Assembly: GCA_963810725.1 (NCBI GenBank)
Contig: CAWEOO010000003.1
Coordinates: forward strand, 135,314-199,313
Source of the DNA: an uncultured Chloroflexia bacterium
GTDB lineage: Bacteria > Chloroflexota > Limnocylindria > Limnocylindrales > CSP1-4
Direction: 5' to 3'
Length of the DNA stretch: 64,000 nucleotides
The stretch's first letter is position 1; each line of letters opens with the position of its first letter. The notes below the pieces were generated by a model. It had not been told where the DNA came from. It saw only the letters and a list, made by a program, of their open reading frames with translations, and ran no database searches. Positions 60,070 to 64,000 of this stretch are shown piece by piece. A program made the position numbers and the translations under genes.

Positions 60070-60627
60070 ATGCAGCGAGACCTCGTGGAGCGAGCGCGGA
60101 AGGGCGATCATGACGCCTTCGCCGAGCTGGCAGGCGCCGCGATCTCCCGACTGGACGCGGCCGCCTGGCTCATCCTCCGCGATCCCGATCAGGCCAAGGA
60201 CGCCGTGCAGAACACGCTCGTCCGGGCCTGGCGCGACCTGCCGACGCTGCGGGATCCGGACCTCTTCGACGCCTGGGTCCATCGGATGCTCGTCAACGCC
60301 TGCATCGATGAGGCCCGACGGCTTCGGCGCCATCGCGTCGATGTCGAGCTCACGAACCTTCACGCGCCCGCCGTCGCCGGCATCGAGTCGGCCGTCGCGG
60401 ATCGCGACCAGATCGAGCGCGGGTTCCTGCGCCTCGAGCCGGACGCGCGGGCGCTCATCGTCTTGCACCACTACTTCGACCTGCCGTTGCCGGAGGTCGC
60501 CACGACGCTAGGGATCCCGCTCGGGACGGCGAAGTCTCGCCTGCACCGAGCGCTCCAGGTCATGCGGGCGGCGCTCGACGCCGATGCCCGCTACCGACCG
60601 GAAGCCACGGAGGGTCGTCTGGCATGA
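60070..60627 (+). CDS. ECF sigma factor.
   Basis: It has region 2/4 motifs (DAVQNTLVRAWRD...LPLPEVATTLGIPLGTAKSRLHRAL). Confidence 0.85.
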   Translation: MQRDLVERARKGDHDAFAELAGAAISRLDAAAWLILRDPDQAKDAVQNTLVRAWRDLPTLRDPDLFDAWVHRMLVNACIDEARRLRRHRVDVELTNLHAPAVAGIESAVADRDQIERGFLRLEPDARALIVLHHYFDLPLPEVATTLGIPLGTAKSRLHRALQVMRAALDADARYRPEATEGRLA

Positions 60628-61908
60628 CGACGAACGACGTCTTCGGACGCAACCTCTCCACCTGGCTTCACGAGGACGCCGAGCACCACGTGCCCGACCA
60701 CCTCGCGGAGGTCCTGCAGCGGACCGCGGCGACCCGCCAGCGACCGGCATGGTCGAGCCTCGAAAGGTGGCTCCCCGTGGACACGACCCTCCGACCGCGC
60801 CTGATCATGCTGCCGCGCCACCGCCGACTCGTGCTCGTCGCGAGCCTGATCCTCATCCTGCGGCCTTGGCGACATCGCCGTCGGCTCCTATCGATCGCGA
60901 GTGCCCGAGCCGTTCGGGTTGGCGCGCAACGGCCTGATCGTCACCAGCCGCGATGGCGACCTCTACGTGATCGATCGGGCGACGACGCGAGCCCCAGCTG
61001 ATCGTGCGGCGGTACCGGCTTCGACTTCGGGCCGATCTTTTCGCGGGACGGGACGGAGGATGGTCTTCCTCCGCTCCGACGGGCCGTTGCCGTCGACGGG
61101 GCCCGCGATCCTGACGCTGGTCGTCGCCAACGCGGACGGCACACAGCCCAGGGCCCTGACGCCGCCGACCACGGCCCTGGACTGGTTCGATTGGTCGCCG
61201 GACGGGGCCTCGATCGCCTACATGTCAAGGGGAGGGCTCTACGTCGTCGACGTCGACGTCGACGCGGCGCAACCACGGCAGGTGAAGGACACCGGGACGA
61301 TGCACTTCCCGACGTGGCTGCCGCCCGACGGCAAGGACATCGTCTACCGGCTGGAAATCGGCGAGCCCCGGGATCTACGCCATCGCGGCCGATGGCACAG
61401 GCGAGCGACGCCTGCTGTCGACGACCCCTGCCAACAACGAATTCGACTACCAGGGGATCGCCGTCTCGCCGGACGGTTCGCACGTCACCTTCACGCGCTG
61501 GTCCGAAGCCGGCCTCCCGCGCGTCTACGCGCTGAACGTCGCGACCGGAAAGGACACCGTCTTCCCGATGTCGGAAGGGGTTGGTCAGCGCGGGACGGCG
61601 ACCTATTCTCCCGACGGAAGGCTGGTGGCCTATGCCCGGATCTTTGTAGTGGGGGCTTCCAGCTGGTCGTCGCCGATGCCGACGGGTCGGGCAACGAACG
61701 AACGATCGGTCAAAGGAAGCCCGGGCCGGCGGGCGGAACCGACGTGGACGCCTCGTGGGCATTCACCCCCGACGGCACCGCGCTGATGGTCCGCTACGGA
61801 GACGACGCCGCAGGCAGGACCCACCTCATGCCGATCGATGGATCGGCGCCGACCGACTTGGGTTCGGGCGAATTCGAGTTCGTGGACATCCAACGCCTCG
61901 CGCCCTGA
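60624..61908 (+). CDS. Anti-sigma factor with a TolB-like beta-propeller extracytoplasmic domain, carrying at least three frameshifts.
   Basis: The N-terminus and transmembrane helix are in ORF 60624..61001. The propeller runs through 60901..61908 and two other frames ([39 protein letters not shown] ... [13 protein letters not shown] ... [17 protein letters not shown]). The shift near 61650 sits on a G5 run and the one near 61375 on a C4G3 run. Confidence 0.55.
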
Positions 61909-61987
61909 CGACCGCCCGGGCAGCGCACGGCCGGCCGCCCTTCCTGGCGGCCGGCCGCGCCACGCCCGCCGCGGCTACAATCGGGCC

Positions 61988-63010
61988 ATGGCCCACCGTG
62001 TGACCCTGATCCCCGGCGACGGCATCGGTCCGGAGCTGGCGGAGGCGACATGCCGCGTCCTCGACGCGACCGGGATCGCCTTCGAATGGGAGCCCGTCGT
62101 GGCCGGCGAGGCCGCGATCGCCGAGCACGGCGCGCCGCTCCCTGAAGGGGTCCTTGAGTCGATCAAGCGGAACAAGGTGGCGCTCAAGGGCCCGATCACG
62201 ACCCCGGTCGGCGGCGGCTTCCGGAGCGTCAACGTCGCCCTCCGACAGGCGCTGAACCTGTACGCCAACCTGCGGCCGGCGCGCTCGATGGTCGGGGTCG
62301 AGTCCCGCTACCAGGACGTCGATCTGATCATCGTCCGCGAGAACACCGAGGACCTCTACGCCGGCATCGAGCACATGGTCGGCCGCGACGCCGCGGAGAG
62401 CATCAAGATCATCACGCGTGAGGCGTCCGAGCGGATCGCCCGTTTCGCCTTCGACTACGCGGTCGCCAACGGCCGGCGCAAGGTCACGGCCGTGCACAAG
62501 GCCAACATCATGAAGCTGTCCGACGGCCTGTTCCTGGAGAGCTGCCGGACGGTCGCCGCCGACTTCGACGGCAAGGTCGAATTCGAGGACCGCATCGTCG
62601 ACAACATGTGCATGCAGCTCGTCCAGAAGCCCGAGCTGTACGACGTGCTCGTGCTGCCGAACCTGTACGGCGACATCGTCAGCGATCTCGCCGCCGGGCT
62701 CGTCGGCGGGCTGGGGGTGGCGCCGGGCGCGAACATCGGCACCGAGGCAGCAGTCTTCGAGCCGGTCCACGGCTCAGCGCCCAAGTACGCCGGGCTCGAC
62801 AAGGCCAACCCGACCGCCCTGATCCTGTCGGGCGCGTTGATGCTGCGCCACCTGGGCTACCCCGACGAGGCGGATCGGCTCGAGACCGCCGTTCGCGACG
62901 TCATCGCCGAGGGGAAGTCCACCACGTCCGATCTGGGCGGCACGGCCGGGACGGCCGCCTTCGCCGACGCCGTCATCGAGCGACTGGCCGGCGTGGGCTC
63001 GGCCCGATGA
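61988..63010 (+). CDS. Isocitrate/isopropylmalate dehydrogenase family enzyme, most likely an NAD-dependent isocitrate dehydrogenase.
   Basis: The protein reads [12 protein letters not shown]...NLYANLRP...[14 protein letters not shown]...GSAPKYAG, which matches the IDH/IPMDH pattern. Confidence 0.85.
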   Translation: MAHRVTLIPGDGIGPELAEATCRVLDATGIAFEWEPVVAGEAAIAEHGAPLPEGVLESIKRNKVALKGPITTPVGGGFRSVNVALRQALNLYANLRPARSMVGVESRYQDVDLIIVRENTEDLYAGIEHMVGRDAAESIKIITREASERIARFAFDYAVANGRRKVTAVHKANIMKLSDGLFLESCRTVAADFDGKVEFEDRIVDNMCMQLVQKPELYDVLVLPNLYGDIVSDLAAGLVGGLGVAPGANIGTEAAVFEPVHGSAPKYAGLDKANPTALILSGALMLRHLGYPDEADRLETAVRDVIAEGKSTTSDLGGTAGTAAFADAVIERLAGVGSAR

Positions 63011-63816
63011 CCGGGCTGCCTGCCAGCCTCCGGGCCCCGCACAAGCCGCGCGGGACGGCCCCGAACGGCCTCGGTGCCACGCGGCGCGGCGACCGCTGGT
63101 GGGTCGCCCCCACGGTCCAGGGCGTCCTGTTCACGGTCTGCGCGACGTATCTCTTCATCAGCGGCATCTTGCTGACACCCCTCCTCGGAACGCCCTACAA
63201 GATCGACGGGCTCCTGTCGCCGCTCTTCTCCCCGGAGATCGCCCCGGATTGGCTCCCGTCGTGGGTCAGTCCCGGGCTCTTCATCCTGTGGGTCCCGCTC
63301 GGCTTCCGGGCCACCTGCTACTACTACCGCAAGGCCTACTACCGCTTCTACTTCGCCGATCCGCCCGGCTGCGCCGTCGGGGAGCCCAGGGTCCACGACC
63401 GCTACGCGATGGAGACGGCGTTCCCGTTCATCCTCCAGAACCTACATCGCTACTTCCTGTACCTCGCGTTCATCCCGCTCTTCTTCCTGTGGCTCGACGC
63501 CGGCCTGGCGGTCGTCCACGGCGGCGCGATCACGGTCGGGGTCGGCGTGGTGATCCTGTTCGTGAATGCGTTCCTCCTGACCGGCTATTCGCTGTCCTGC
63601 CACTCGCTCCGGCACCTCGTCGGCGGGCGGCTCGACTGCTTCTCGTGCTCGCGCCGGGCGAAGATGCGCTACACCCTCTGGCAGCGGCTGACGTCGCTCA
63701 ACCTGCGCCACATGTCGTGGGCCTGGGCGAGCCTCATCTCCGTCACGCTGGCCGACGTGTACGTGCGGCTGGCGGCCACCGGCGTGATCGACGATCCCAC
63801 CCTCATCCGACTCTAG
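63007..63816 (+). CDS. Succinate dehydrogenase/fumarate reductase membrane anchor subunit.
   Basis: It has five hydrophobic helices and lies immediately upstream of sdhA. Its ATG overlaps the upstream stop as ATGA. Confidence 0.65.
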   Translation: MTGLPASLRAPHKPRGTAPNGLGATRRGDRWWVAPTVQGVLFTVCATYLFISGILLTPLLGTPYKIDGLLSPLFSPEIAPDWLPSWVSPGLFILWVPLGFRATCYYYRKAYYRFYFADPPGCAVGEPRVHDRYAMETAFPFILQNLHRYFLYLAFIPLFFLWLDAGLAVVHGGAITVGVGVVILFVNAFLLTGYSLSCHSLRHLVGGRLDCFSCSRRAKMRYTLWQRLTSLNLRHMSWAWASLISVTLADVYVRLAATGVIDDPTLIRL

Positions 63817-63832
63817 GCGCGCGACGACGCCG

Positions 63833-64000
63833 ATGATCGAACCGACCCGTCCACAGACGCGCCCGCACGACGTCCTCGTGATCGGGGCGGGCGGGGCCGG
63901 ACTCCGGGCAGCGATCGCAGCGAAGGATGCCGGTGCGGACGTCGGGCTGGTGTGCAAGTCGCTGCTCGGCAAGGCGCACACGGTGATGGCCGAGGGCGGC
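63833..64000 (+). CDS. sdhA: Succinate dehydrogenase flavoprotein subunit. Only the N-terminus lies inside the window.
   Basis: It has an FAD-binding N-terminus (DVLVIGAGGAGLRAAIAA...GKAHTVMAEGG). Confidence 0.85.
   Translation, partial: MIEPTRPQTRPHDVLVIGAGGAGLRAAIAAKDAGADVGLVCKSLLGKAHTVMAEGG

Noticed and set aside
1-64000. CRISPR arrays, rRNA genes, IS transposases
   Set aside because: I saw no short regularly spaced repeats, no rRNA-like conserved stretches, and no transposase motifs (DDE, HTH plus inverted repeats).

Overview
This is a 64 kb window from a very high-GC (about 70%) bacterial chromosome. The gene content and the SigA C-terminus suggest an actinobacterium-like organism, but I cannot assign it from sequence alone. 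The six-frame ORF track is dominated by spurious antisense or off-frame ORFs, so I called genes from third-codon-position GC bias, recognisable motifs and overlapping start/stop junctions.

Content, in order along the window:
- A giant alpha-2-macroglobulin (A2M)-family ORF whose coding frame runs directly on from an upstream ECF sigma/anti-sigma pair.
- A DUF72 gene, then an MFS transporter and a PEP-utilising enzyme gene, both broken by several frameshifts.
- A cluster of secreted genes: a PAS-BNR/beta-propeller fusion, an SGNH hydrolase, a 'DGWP' repeat propeller and a BNR sialidase-like gene.
- A second ECF sigma/anti-sigma pair, then dnaG-sigA.
- A 7.3 kb integrase-bearing element (about 24174-31439) flanked by a 17-bp direct repeat. 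It carries integrase, an excisionase-like HTH, an HK97-type prohead protease and a small capsid-like gene, but no terminase, portal or tail genes. I read it as a phage-satellite-like element or minimal cryptic prophage.
- A BtrH-like pseudogene, a rhodanese, tRNA-Asn(GTT), a PAS-GGDEF-EAL c-di-GMP enzyme, and a LemA/GIDE-like/DUF4097 membrane cluster.
- plsC, parAB, a complete methylmalonyl pathway block (pccB-accA-mcm, epimerase, sucCD), a third ECF sigma with a TolB-like anti-sigma, and icd-family/sdh genes.

Three things stand out. First, roughly 25 frameshifts or in-frame stops sit almost entirely in accessory, secreted or sensor genes, while about 14 kb of housekeeping genes read cleanly. 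Second, a perfect 16-bp palindrome, GTCTTTGCGCAAAGAC, recurs inside parB, pccB and accA in different reading frames, so it is a DNA-level element of unknown function. Third, a TTATCCACA DnaA-box inverted repeat lies in the parA/pccB intergenic region. There is no CRISPR array and no rRNA gene.
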